A stretch of DNA of 44,526 bases from Escherichia phage vB_EcoP-101117UKE2. Below, piece after piece: positions 1-7,660 of the stretch; within the stretch, counting starts at the first letter, position 1; each line of letters starts with the position of its first letter. The DNA lies in sequence record MZ234019.1. One strand, written 5' to 3'. Position numbers and translations under genes: made by a program. The notes beneath the pieces were generated by a model. The model was not told where the DNA came from, made no database searches, and was given only the letters and a program-made list of their open reading frames with translations.

Positions 1-924
1 ATGACTACTGAAAACACCCTCCTGTCTGTTCGTGAAGCTGCAACCGCTGAGATCAAGCAACACTTAGACAATATCGGCACTTCTTACATCAAAGTTGGCG
101 CTTGTCTTAATGAGTTACGCGGTGACTTTGAAGGTCAAAAAGACTTTTTGGCTTATGTAGAATCAGAATTTGGAATCAAGAAAGCACAATGTTACAAGCT
201 GATGAGCGTAGCCCGTGTCTTTGAAGGCGATGATCGCTTTAAAGGCGTGGCGATGCGTGTAATGCTGGCACTTGTTCCTTTCGCTGATGAAAATATCATC
301 ATGGAGAAAGCCGCAGAACTTGCCGCAGCGGGCAAGCTGGACACTAATGCCGTAAATGCCCTGATTGATCCTAAGAAAGAGACAAAGGCCGAGACGGTAC
401 AATCTAAGGCTGAGGCGGTAAAACCGCAGGAGAATGCGACTGAGGCCGCAGAAACTATGCAAGGACATGCGACCTTTGAGGATTTCATCTTAGAGAAGGC
501 GAAAGAGGAATTACAAAGTGTGCCGCCAGTAAGTGAGTCGGGTAACGACGAATCCTCACCGTGGGAAGATGAAAGCAAGCCGGAAGCGCCAAAGGCCGCG
601 CCACTGGATAACACGGCTAACACGGAGAACGCCGCTATGTCTGGCCTACTGGCACAAATTAAGGCACTGACTGAGCAATTACAGGCAGCTAACGACCGCA
701 TCGCCGCCCTAACCAGTGCACGGGAAAGTAAGAAAGCGGCTGCGCCTATGCTTCCGCAGTTTAAATCCTCTTGCTTCTACGCTCGCTTAGGCTTGAGCGC
801 CGAGGAAGCAACGAAGAAAACAGCAGTGAATAAGGCACGCCGTGAACTGGTTAAACTAGGGTATGGTGAAGGTCATGAGGCATGGCCTTTGATCTCTGAG
901 GCAGTAGAAGAATTAACTAAGTAA
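1..924 (+). CDS. hypothetical early protein, last gene before RNAP (307 aa; globular N-terminal domain, acidic Ala/Glu/Pro-rich linker with coiled-coil, basic C-terminus)
   Basis: ATG at position 1; if the window is circularly joined, AAAGGTG at the window end sits 6 nt upstream as RBS; function not recognisable. Confidence 0.6.
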   Translation: MTTENTLLSVREAATAEIKQHLDNIGTSYIKVGACLNELRGDFEGQKDFLAYVESEFGIKKAQCYKLMSVARVFEGDDRFKGVAMRVMLALVPFADENIIMEKAAELAAAGKLDTNAVNALIDPKKETKAETVQSKAEAVKPQENATEAAETMQGHATFEDFILEKAKEELQSVPPVSESGNDESSPWEDESKPEAPKAAPLDNTANTENAAMSGLLAQIKALTEQLQAANDRIAALTSARESKKAAAPMLPQFKSSCFYARLGLSAEEATKKTAVNKARRELVKLGYGEGHEAWPLISEAVEELTK

Positions 925-987
925 CCTTATCGGTGGCATCTTCTTAGGTGTCACCTATTAAGGTTTCTTTCACTAGGAGTAAACAAG

Positions 988-3615
988 ATGCAAGATCTAC
1001 ACGCTATTCAGCTTCAGCTTGAGGAAGAAATGTTTAACGGCGGTATTCGTCGCTTTGAAGCAGACCAACAACGCCAGATTGCATCAGGTAATGAATCCGA
1101 TACGGCATGGAATCGTCGCCTGTTGTCGGAGCTTATCGCACCTATGGCGGAAGGTATTCAGGCTTATAAGGAAGCCTACGAAGGCAAGAAAGGACGCGCA
1201 CCGCGTGCACTGGCCTTCATTAACTGCGTAGAGAACGAAGTGGCAGCATATATCACGATGAAGATCGTAATGGATATGCTTAACACGGATGTAACCTTGC
1301 AAGCCATAGCAATGAATGTAGCTGATCGCATCGAAGATCAAGTACGCTTCAGCAAGCTGGAAGGCCACGCCGCCAAATACTTTGAAAAAGTTAAGAAGTC
1401 ACTCAAGGCAAGTAAGACTAAATCATATCGCCATGCGCACAACGTAGCGGTAGTGGCTGAGAAGTCAGTAGCTGACCGTGACACTGATTTCTCCCGCTGG
1501 GAGGCGTGGCCTAAAGATACCTTACTGCAAATCGGTATGACCTTGCTAGAAATACTGGAGAATAGCGTATTCTTCAATGGTCAACCTGTCTTCCTCCGCA
1601 CCTTGCGCACTAATGGTGGCAAGCATGGTGTTTACTACTTACAGACCAGTGAGCACGTAGGGGAGTGGATTACAGCATTTAAAGAACATGTAGCGCAACT
1701 TAGTCCGGCCTATGCACCTTGCGTCATTCCTCCGCGCCCTTGGGTGTCCCCTTTTAATGGTGGGTTTCATACTGAGAAGGTGGCAAGTCGCATCCGTTTG
1801 GTAAAAGGCAACCGTGAGCACGTCCGTAAGCTGACCAAAAAGCAAATGCCAGCAGTTTATAAGGCTGTTAATGCTTTACAGGCCACTAAGTGGCAAGTTA
1901 ACAAAGAAGTTTTGCAGGTAGTAGAAGACGTTATCCGTCTCGACCTTGGTTATGGTGTACCTTCCTTTAAACCACTCATCGACCGCGAGAACAAGCCGGC
2001 TAACCCAGTGCCGTTAGAATTTCAACACTTGCGAGGCCGCGAACTGAAGGAAATGTTAACGCCGGAACAATGGCAAGCCTTCATCAACTGGAAAGGTGAA
2101 TGCACCAAGCTGTATACCGCTGAGACTAAGCGCGGAAGTAAGTCGGCGGCAACCGTTCGCATGGTAGGACAAGCGCGCAAATACAGCCAGTTTGATGCGA
2201 TTTATTTCGTGTATGCACTGGATAGCCGCTCACGCGTTTATGCGCAATCTAGCACACTCTCACCGCAATCAAACGACCTAGGCAAGGCGTTACTGCGTTT
2301 TACCGAAGGGCAGCCGCTAAATAGCTCTGAGGCGCTTAAATGGTTTTTGGTGAACGGGGCGAATAACTGGGGTTGGGATAAGAAGACTTTCGACGTGCGC
2401 ACCGCTAACGTACTGGACGGCGAGTTTCAAGATATGTGCCGCGACATTGCAGCGGATCCTCTGACCTTTACTCAATGGGTAAATGCCGATTCACCTTATG
2501 GATTCCTTGCATGGTGCTTTGAGTATGCTCGTTATTTGGATGCACTGGATGAAGGAACACAAGATCAGTTTGTGACGCATTTACCTGTTCATCAAGATGG
2601 TAGCTGTTCTGGCATCCAGCACTACAGTGCTATGCTACGCGACGAAGTGGGTGCGAAGGCGGTAAACCTTAAACCATCCGACTCGCCTCAAGATATTTAT
2701 GGAGCGGTTGCGCAGGTTGTTATCCAGAAGAACTACGCCTACATGAATGCAGATGATACAGAAACTTTCACATCTGGAAGCGTAACACTTACAGGTGCAG
2801 AACTGCGTAGCATGGCTAGTGCATGGGATATGATAGGTATCACTCGCGGCTTAACCAAAAAGCCGGTAATGACCTTGCCTTACGGATCCACACGCTTAAC
2901 CTGCCGTGAGTCAGTGATTGATTATATCGTTGATTTGGAAGAAAAAGAGGCACAAAGGGCTATTGCAGAAGGGCGGACGGCTAATCCGGTGCACCCTTTT
3001 GACAATGACCGGAAAGACTATTTAACACCGGGTGCAGCTTACAACTATATGACGGCGTTAATTTGGCCTTCTATCTCTGAGGTTGTTAAAGCCCCTATAG
3101 TGGCAATGAAAATGATTCGCCAGCTTGCACGTTTCGCAGCTAAAAGGGATGAAGGATTAGAATACACCTTGCCAACTGGCTTCATCCTGCAACAAAAGAT
3201 AATGGCTACCGATATGCTTCGTGTATCCACTTGCTTGATGGGTGAAATCAAGATGAGTCTACAAATTGAAACGGATGTAGTGGATGAAACGGCAATGATG
3301 GGCGCTGCCGCTCCTAACTTTGTTCACGGTCACGATGCTAGTCACCTTATATTAACGGTATGTGACCTAGTGGATAAAGGTATTACCTCCATTGCAGTTA
3401 TCCATGACTCTTTCGGTACTCATGCAGGCCGCACCGCAGACCTGCGGGATAGCTTAAGGGCAGAAATGGTGAAGATGTATCAAGGCCGTAACGCTTTACA
3501 ACAATTGCTTGATGAGCATGAAGAGCGTTGGCTAGTAGATACTGGCATCCAAGTGCCAGAGCAAGGGGAGTTTAACCTTGAAGAGATATTAGTTTCTGAC
3601 TATTGCTTCGCATAA
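988..3615 (+). CDS. single-subunit DNA-dependent RNA polymerase, SP6 type (875 aa)
   Basis: Near-full-length similarity to recalled SP6 RNAP sequence ([32 protein letters not shown]..., [22 protein letters not shown]); AGGAG RBS. Confidence 0.97.
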   Translation: MQDLHAIQLQLEEEMFNGGIRRFEADQQRQIASGNESDTAWNRRLLSELIAPMAEGIQAYKEAYEGKKGRAPRALAFINCVENEVAAYITMKIVMDMLNTDVTLQAIAMNVADRIEDQVRFSKLEGHAAKYFEKVKKSLKASKTKSYRHAHNVAVVAEKSVADRDTDFSRWEAWPKDTLLQIGMTLLEILENSVFFNGQPVFLRTLRTNGGKHGVYYLQTSEHVGEWITAFKEHVAQLSPAYAPCVIPPRPWVSPFNGGFHTEKVASRIRLVKGNREHVRKLTKKQMPAVYKAVNALQATKWQVNKEVLQVVEDVIRLDLGYGVPSFKPLIDRENKPANPVPLEFQHLRGRELKEMLTPEQWQAFINWKGECTKLYTAETKRGSKSAATVRMVGQARKYSQFDAIYFVYALDSRSRVYAQSSTLSPQSNDLGKALLRFTEGQPLNSSEALKWFLVNGANNWGWDKKTFDVRTANVLDGEFQDMCRDIAADPLTFTQWVNADSPYGFLAWCFEYARYLDALDEGTQDQFVTHLPVHQDGSCSGIQHYSAMLRDEVGAKAVNLKPSDSPQDIYGAVAQVVIQKNYAYMNADDTETFTSGSVTLTGAELRSMASAWDMIGITRGLTKKPVMTLPYGSTRLTCRESVIDYIVDLEEKEAQRAIAEGRTANPVHPFDNDRKDYLTPGAAYNYMTALIWPSISEVVKAPIVAMKMIRQLARFAAKRDEGLEYTLPTGFILQQKIMATDMLRVSTCLMGEIKMSLQIETDVVDETAMMGAAAPNFVHGHDASHLILTVCDLVDKGITSIAVIHDSFGTHAGRTADLRDSLRAEMVKMYQGRNALQQLLDEHEERWLVDTGIQVPEQGEFNLEEILVSDYCFA

Positions 3616-3623
3616 TATTGATA

Positions 3624-3653
3624 GGCCATTCCTTCGGGAGTGGCCTTTTCTTT
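3624..3653 (+). terminator. intrinsic terminator after RNAP gene (early terminator analogue)
   Basis: 9-bp stem GGCCATTCC/GGAGTGGCC with one G-U, TTCG loop, followed by TTTTCTTT. Confidence 0.6.
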
Positions 3654-3688
3654 ACCTATTACCTGTAACATTTCATTAACATAAACGT

Positions 3689-3704
3689 GTCTCACATGTG
3701 AGAC
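3689..3704. repeat. 16-bp perfect palindrome GTCTCACATGTGAGAC (copy 1)
   Basis: Exact self-complementary 16-mer immediately upstream of phage promoter. Confidence 0.9.
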
Positions 3705-3706
3705 TT

Positions 3707-3729
3707 ATTTACCGGACACTATAGGAGAG
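3707..3729 (+). promoter_or_regulatory. phage RNAP promoter ATTTACCGGACACTATAGGAGAG
   Basis: Match to SP6-type promoter core GACACTATAG; part of the genome-wide consensus here. Confidence 0.8.
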
Positions 3730-3871
3730 CCGTCGGAGACGGGAAAGAGAAGGGAAGATAAAGGATATAAAGGAAGTAATAGGTATTAAAGGTTATATAG
3801 GTTTACCTAGGAATACCTATTACCTTCTTCCTTCCTCTTATTACCACTTAGAGGAAGGGCAGATCTAGGTT
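3730..3871. other. AT-rich non-coding element between tandem phage promoters; candidate primary replication origin or structured leader
   Basis: No ATG in about 140 bp; long imperfect inverted repeat (AGGAAGTAATAGGTAT ... ATACCTATTACCTTCTTCCT); position right after RNAP gene. Confidence 0.4.
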
Positions 3872-3887
3872 GTCTCACATGTGAGAC
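3872..3887. repeat. 16-bp perfect palindrome GTCTCACATGTGAGAC (copy 2)
   Basis: Exact copy, 5 nt upstream of next promoter. Confidence 0.9.
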
Positions 3888-3892
3888 TTCGT

Positions 3893-3915
3893 ATTTACCG
3901 GACAGTATAGATAAG
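3893..3915 (+). promoter_or_regulatory. phage RNAP promoter variant ATTTACCGGACAGTATAGATAAG
   Basis: Consensus with C to G change in the CACTATA core (CAGTATA). Confidence 0.6.
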
Positions 3916-3940
3916 ACTAACTTACTTTGGAGATTTAACT

Positions 3941-4069
3941 ATGCGTAACCTAGAAAAGATTACCCGTAAAACTAAGCGTTTCGACATGGAAGAAGGGCAG
4001 ACTAAAGGCAAGAAGCTGAATAAACCTGTCCGTGACCGTGCATCTAAACGCGCTGCGTGGGAGTTCTAA
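3941..4069 (+). CDS. small basic hypothetical protein (42 aa)
   Basis: ATG with TGGAG RBS; MRNLEKITRKTKRFDMEEGQTKGKKLNKPVRDRASKRAAWEF; below ORF-track size cutoff. Confidence 0.35.
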   Translation: MRNLEKITRKTKRFDMEEGQTKGKKLNKPVRDRASKRAAWEF

Positions 4070-4072
4070 GTT

Positions 4073-6061
4073 ATGGCTATTATTCAGAATGTACCGTGTC
4101 CTGCCTGTCAAAAGAATGGACATGATATTACTGGCAACCATCTTATGATATTTGAGGATGGCGCTGGTTACTGTAATCGTGGTCACTTCCATGATAACGG
4201 TAAGCCTTACTATCATAAGCCAGAGGGCGGCATCGAGATAACCGAATTGCCCATTACTGGCAATATCAAATACACACCTTCTCAATTCAAAGAAATGGAG
4301 AAGGAAGGGAAGATAAGCGACCCTAAGCTACGCGCCATCGCACTAGGTGGTATGCGTATGAAAGACCGTTGGGAGGTCATGAATGAGCAAGAAAGGGCAG
4401 AGCAAGAAGCAGAGTGGAAACTTGATGTTGAATGGTTCCTCACGCTTAAGCGTAAGAATCTTGTTTCCCGACACATTCGCGGCGACATTTGCGCATTGTA
4501 TGATGTACGTGTCGGACATGATGAAGAGGGTAGAGTCTCACGGCATTACTATCCACGCTTCGAGAAAGGTGAACTAGTAGGCGCTAAGTGTCGCACATTA
4601 CCTAAAGACTTTAAGTTTGGTCATTTAGGTAAACTATTTGGTATGCAAGATCTTTTCGGTATGAATACTTTGTCTCACGTGTTAGACAAGGGAAGACGAA
4701 AGGATTGCTTGCTTATTGTGGGTGGGGAACTGGATGCACTAGCAGCGCAGCAGATGCTCCTTGATTCTGCCAAGGGTACTAAGTGGGAAGGGCAGCCTTA
4801 CCATGTATGGTCTGTCAATAAGGGTGAATCTTGCCTTGAAGAAATTGTGCAGAACCGTGAGCACATCGCCCAATTCAAGAAGATTATTTGGGGCTTTGAT
4901 GGGGATGAGGTAGGACAGAAGCAGAACCAACAAGCGGCTCGCCTGTTTCCTGGCAAATCCTACATCCTTGAATACCCTTCTGGTTGCAAAGATGCCAACA
5001 AGGCATTGATGGCTGGTAAAGCCAAAGAATTTGTGGATGCTTGGTTTAATGCAAAGCCATCTGATGAAGTCTTTGGTAGCCAGATTAAATCTATCGCATC
5101 TCAAAGGGATAAGCTCAAGGCTGCACGTCCAGAACAAGGGCTGTCATGGCCTTGGCCTAAGCTAAACAAGGTAACGCTGGGTATCCGTAAGAATCAGCTT
5201 ATCATTGTAGGTGCAGGCTCTGGTGTGGGTAAGACTGAGTTCCTCCGTGAAGTAGTTAAGCATCTCATTGAAGAACACGGTGAATCTGTAGGCATCATTT
5301 CTACAGAAGACCCGATGGTTAAGGTGTCCCGTGCTTTTATCGGTAAGTGGATTGATAAGCGTATTGAGCTACCGCCAACCAATGACCCGAAAGAAGATGG
5401 ATACCGTGAGGTGTTCGACTATACCGAGGAAGAGGCTAACGCTGCCATTGACTATGTAGCTGATACAGGGAAGCTGTTTGTGGCTGACCTAGAGGGTGAC
5501 TATTCAATGGAGAAGGTAGAGCAGACCTGCCTTGAGTTTGAGGCTATGGGTATTTCTAATATCATCATTGATAACTTAACGGGGATTAAATTAGATGAGC
5601 GTGCTTTTGGTGGGAAGGTTGGTGCACTTGATGAATGCGTCAAGCGGATTGGCACTATCAAGGACAGACATGCAGTTACTATCTTCCTTGTCTCGCACCT
5701 TACTCGCCCTGCGGGAAACCGAGTCCAACACGAAGAAGGTGGCGAGGTTATCCTTTCTGACTTCCGAGGCTCAGGGGCTATCGGATTCTGGGCATCTTAC
5801 GCCTTGGGGATTGAGCGTAACACAAGAGCTGAAACGCTTGACGAAAGGACTACCACGTACATCTCATGTGTCAAAGATCGCGACCAAGGTATCTTCACCG
5901 GAACCAAGATTATGCTTAAGGGTGACATTCAAACCGGACGTTTGAGAGAACCACAGGCTAGAACAAGGTCATTTGATACAGGCGAAGCAAGGCAACAAGA
6001 AGTACCGGATTTACCGGACACTATAGAAGAGACAACCTTTGATGATGAACAGGAGTTTTGA
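4073..6061 (+). CDS. DNA primase/helicase (T7 gp4-like, 662 aa)
   Basis: N-terminal Cys4 zinc ribbon (CPACQ...CNRGHFH), helicase Walker A GAGSGVGKT, acidic C-terminus ending DDEQEF. Confidence 0.95.
   Translation: MAIIQNVPCPACQKNGHDITGNHLMIFEDGAGYCNRGHFHDNGKPYYHKPEGGIEITELPITGNIKYTPSQFKEMEKEGKISDPKLRAIALGGMRMKDRWEVMNEQERAEQEAEWKLDVEWFLTLKRKNLVSRHIRGDICALYDVRVGHDEEGRVSRHYYPRFEKGELVGAKCRTLPKDFKFGHLGKLFGMQDLFGMNTLSHVLDKGRRKDCLLIVGGELDALAAQQMLLDSAKGTKWEGQPYHVWSVNKGESCLEEIVQNREHIAQFKKIIWGFDGDEVGQKQNQQAARLFPGKSYILEYPSGCKDANKALMAGKAKEFVDAWFNAKPSDEVFGSQIKSIASQRDKLKAARPEQGLSWPWPKLNKVTLGIRKNQLIIVGAGSGVGKTEFLREVVKHLIEEHGESVGIISTEDPMVKVSRAFIGKWIDKRIELPPTNDPKEDGYREVFDYTEEEANAAIDYVADTGKLFVADLEGDYSMEKVEQTCLEFEAMGISNIIIDNLTGIKLDERAFGGKVGALDECVKRIGTIKDRHAVTIFLVSHLTRPAGNRVQHEEGGEVILSDFRGSGAIGFWASYALGIERNTRAETLDERTTTYISCVKDRDQGIFTGTKIMLKGDIQTGRLREPQARTRSFDTGEARQQEVPDLPDTIEETTFDDEQEF
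6009..6031 (+). promoter_or_regulatory. phage RNAP promoter ATTTACCGGACACTATAGAAGAG embedded in 3' end of primase gene
   Basis: Full consensus match inside coding sequence. Confidence 0.75.
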
Positions 6062-6222
6062 TGGAAATTATTAAACCAGTATTGAATATCGGTATTGACA
6101 TCCTATTCATGCTTGTGATCGCAGATTATGCTGCACGATATGGATTCAAGAAAGCTGTGAAACTTATCGTTGCATCTGGTTTTCTTATGTCAATGTTCTT
6201 TATTGTAACACGCCTTATCTAG
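6061..6222 (+). CDS. small hydrophobic protein (53 aa), probable membrane protein
   Basis: ATG overlaps primase stop (TGATG); MEIIKPVLNIGIDILFMLVIADYAARYGFKKAVKLIVASGFLMSMFFIVTRLI. Confidence 0.4.
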   Translation: MEIIKPVLNIGIDILFMLVIADYAARYGFKKAVKLIVASGFLMSMFFIVTRLI

Positions 6223-6239
6223 TGTATTTATCAGGGCTT

Positions 6240-6255
6240 GTCTCACATGTGAGAC
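6240..6255. repeat. 16-bp perfect palindrome GTCTCACATGTGAGAC (copy 3)
   Basis: Exact copy; flanking bases extend the potential stem. Confidence 0.9.
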
Positions 6256-6294
6256 AGGCTCTTATTAAGTACATTAAATAACTGGAGATTGATT

Positions 6295-6474
6295 ATGTAT
6301 AAATTAGTATTGAATGTAGGTGATTATGTTCGTAACATCAATGCAACCTCACGTAGATATCGTTGCCGTGGTACTGTGACTAATGTAAGTGAAAACAGCT
6401 ACTATGTAGAGTACAGTAATGGTATTAGACAGGCTTATCAAAAGGGAAAACAGCTACTATGTAGAGTACAGTAA
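6295..6474 (+). CDS. N-terminal fragment of hypothetical protein, truncated by frameshift from a 55-bp tandem duplication
   Basis: ATG 6295 with GGAGA RBS; ends ...ENSYYVEYSNGIRQAYQKG then out-of-frame stop. Confidence 0.5.
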   Translation: MYKLVLNVGDYVRNINATSRRYRCRGTVTNVSENSYYVEYSNGIRQAYQKGKQLLCRVQ

Positions 6475-6501
6475 TGGTATTAGACAGGCTTATCAAAAGG
6501 A
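6392..6501. repeat. perfect direct tandem duplication, 2 x 55 bp
   Basis: AAAACAGCTACTATGTAGAGTACAGTAATGGTATTAGACAGGCTTATCAAAAGG present twice back to back with period 55. Confidence 0.95.
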
Positions 6502-7072
6502 ATCAGCACATAACTACCTTGAGAAGATTGGAGAGGTAAGCAATCAATGTAAGTGCGTACACGATGAGATTTGCGATAAGTGTGCACGTCAGGCAGTTAA
6601 AGCCTTTACCTTTGCTCAACGTTATGGTTCTATGTATGGTGCTGGTCACAAGACCATTGTAGAAGCAGCTTGGAAGACATTACAGCTTGAGCGTTCAAAT
6701 GGACGACGCACCACACTTAAGAAAGAGCGCCGCAATGTAATCACTGGTAAGACTCAAAGTGAGATGGTTAAGCTGTGTGGCACGGCACTAGGTGTTACGC
6801 AGTTTAACACTCGTGCTTTAGGTAAATCCACAGGACAAGCTATGGTGAAGATTGGTGAGGCCATGATGCACCCAAATGTACCTGTGCGAATCATGGATGT
6901 TGACCATGCAATCACAGAACATGGTACAACACGGCGTGTAGTTAATAATCATTTTGCCGACACTATAGAAGATATTATCCGTAAGCAAGGATTGAAAGGT
7001 CTTCACATCTTAAATGGTGAAGAGTTGCTGTACCTTCCTATTGTTACCGAAGAAACCTACGTGAATATCTAA
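6419..7072 (+). CDS. hypothetical protein, C-terminal part of gene split by the 55-bp duplication (217-aa ORF as assembled)
   Basis: Re-encodes ENSYYVEYSNGIRQAYQK in the second repeat copy, then continues ESAHNYLEKIGEV...; intact gene about 242 aa if one copy is removed. Confidence 0.55.
   Translation: MVLDRLIKRENSYYVEYSNGIRQAYQKESAHNYLEKIGEVSNQCKCVHDEICDKCARQAVKAFTFAQRYGSMYGAGHKTIVEAAWKTLQLERSNGRRTTLKKERRNVITGKTQSEMVKLCGTALGVTQFNTRALGKSTGQAMVKIGEAMMHPNVPVRIMDVDHAITEHGTTRRVVNNHFADTIEDIIRKQGLKGLHILNGEELLYLPIVTEETYVNI
6951..6973 (+). promoter_or_regulatory. weak promoter-like site ATTTTGCCGACACTATAGAAGAT inside coding sequence
   Basis: Core CACTATAG with three upstream mismatches to consensus. 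Confidence 0.25.
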
Positions 7073-7082
7073 GGAGTTAATC

Positions 7083-7301
7083 ATGACTAAAGTATTGATT
7101 TATATGAGAGGTGCTAATAAATGCTATGCAGTTGTAGCACCTGATGGTGTCAAGCCTTACGGTACTTCAAAAGGATTAGCATTAATAGGTGCTAGTCGCA
7201 GTGCAAGTTTCCAAATGGAACTTTTTGGTCATTGGACTGAAAAAGAATTCCGTGAAGAGTTTAATGTAATTGGCAGCTTTATGGTGAAACATGCAAAATA
7301 A
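7083..7301 (+). CDS. hypothetical protein (72 aa)
   Basis: ATG with AAGGAG RBS. Confidence 0.6.
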   Translation: MTKVLIYMRGANKCYAVVAPDGVKPYGTSKGLALIGASRSASFQMELFGHWTEKEFREEFNVIGSFMVKHAK

Positions 7302-7488
7302 ACATAGCCTTAAGATGTTTGATGGTCACGAAGACCTGCAAGCACAAATTACCAACCAAGCCTTCCTGTTTGCACAGTTAACTATGGCTGAAGCAAAGAA
7401 GAACAGCCTTACTCGTGAGCAGATTATCAAGGAAGGTAGCCGTGGTGCTACTCGTCGTACCAAGAACCACAGAAGTGGTGCTCGCTAG
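7291..7488 (+). CDS. hypothetical protein (65 aa)
   Basis: ORF overlapping upstream stop; weak RBS. Confidence 0.45.
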   Translation: MQNKHSLKMFDGHEDLQAQITNQAFLFAQLTMAEAKKNSLTREQIIKEGSRGATRRTKNHRSGAR

Positions 7489-7505
7489 TCGATAAGTCAA
7501 GGGTT

Positions 7506-7521
7506 GTCTCACGTGTGAGAC
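7506..7521. repeat. 16-bp palindrome variant GTCTCACGTGTGAGAC (copy 4)
   Basis: Perfect palindrome with central CACGTG instead of CACATG. Confidence 0.9.
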
Positions 7522-7552
7522 AGCCTTTCATCATATTGATTGGAGGTGCATT

Positions 7553-7660
7553 ATGCCACGTGATTATGATTCTGATTGGGACTACTATGACTCAATGAAT
7601 CCAAAACCCGAACGTTCAGATGATTACTACGAAACAGAGGCAATGTATGAAAACTATTGA
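7553..7660 (+). CDS. small acidic hypothetical protein (35 aa)
   Basis: ATG with TGGAGG RBS; MPRDYDSDWDYYDSMNPKPERSDDYYETEAMYENY; overlaps DNA polymerase start. Confidence 0.3.
   Translation: MPRDYDSDWDYYDSMNPKPERSDDYYETEAMYENY

Noticed and set aside
4672-4687. Near-copy of the 16-bp palindrome (GTCTCACGTGTTAGAC) inside the primase coding sequence
   Set aside because: It has one mismatch and is constrained by the protein sequence, so it is not counted as a member of the intergenic family.
7620-7646. Upstream in-frame ATG for the DNA polymerase (track start 7620)
   Set aside because: No RBS precedes it, whereas ATG 7647 follows GAGG at good spacing; the extension cannot be excluded, so it is only noted.
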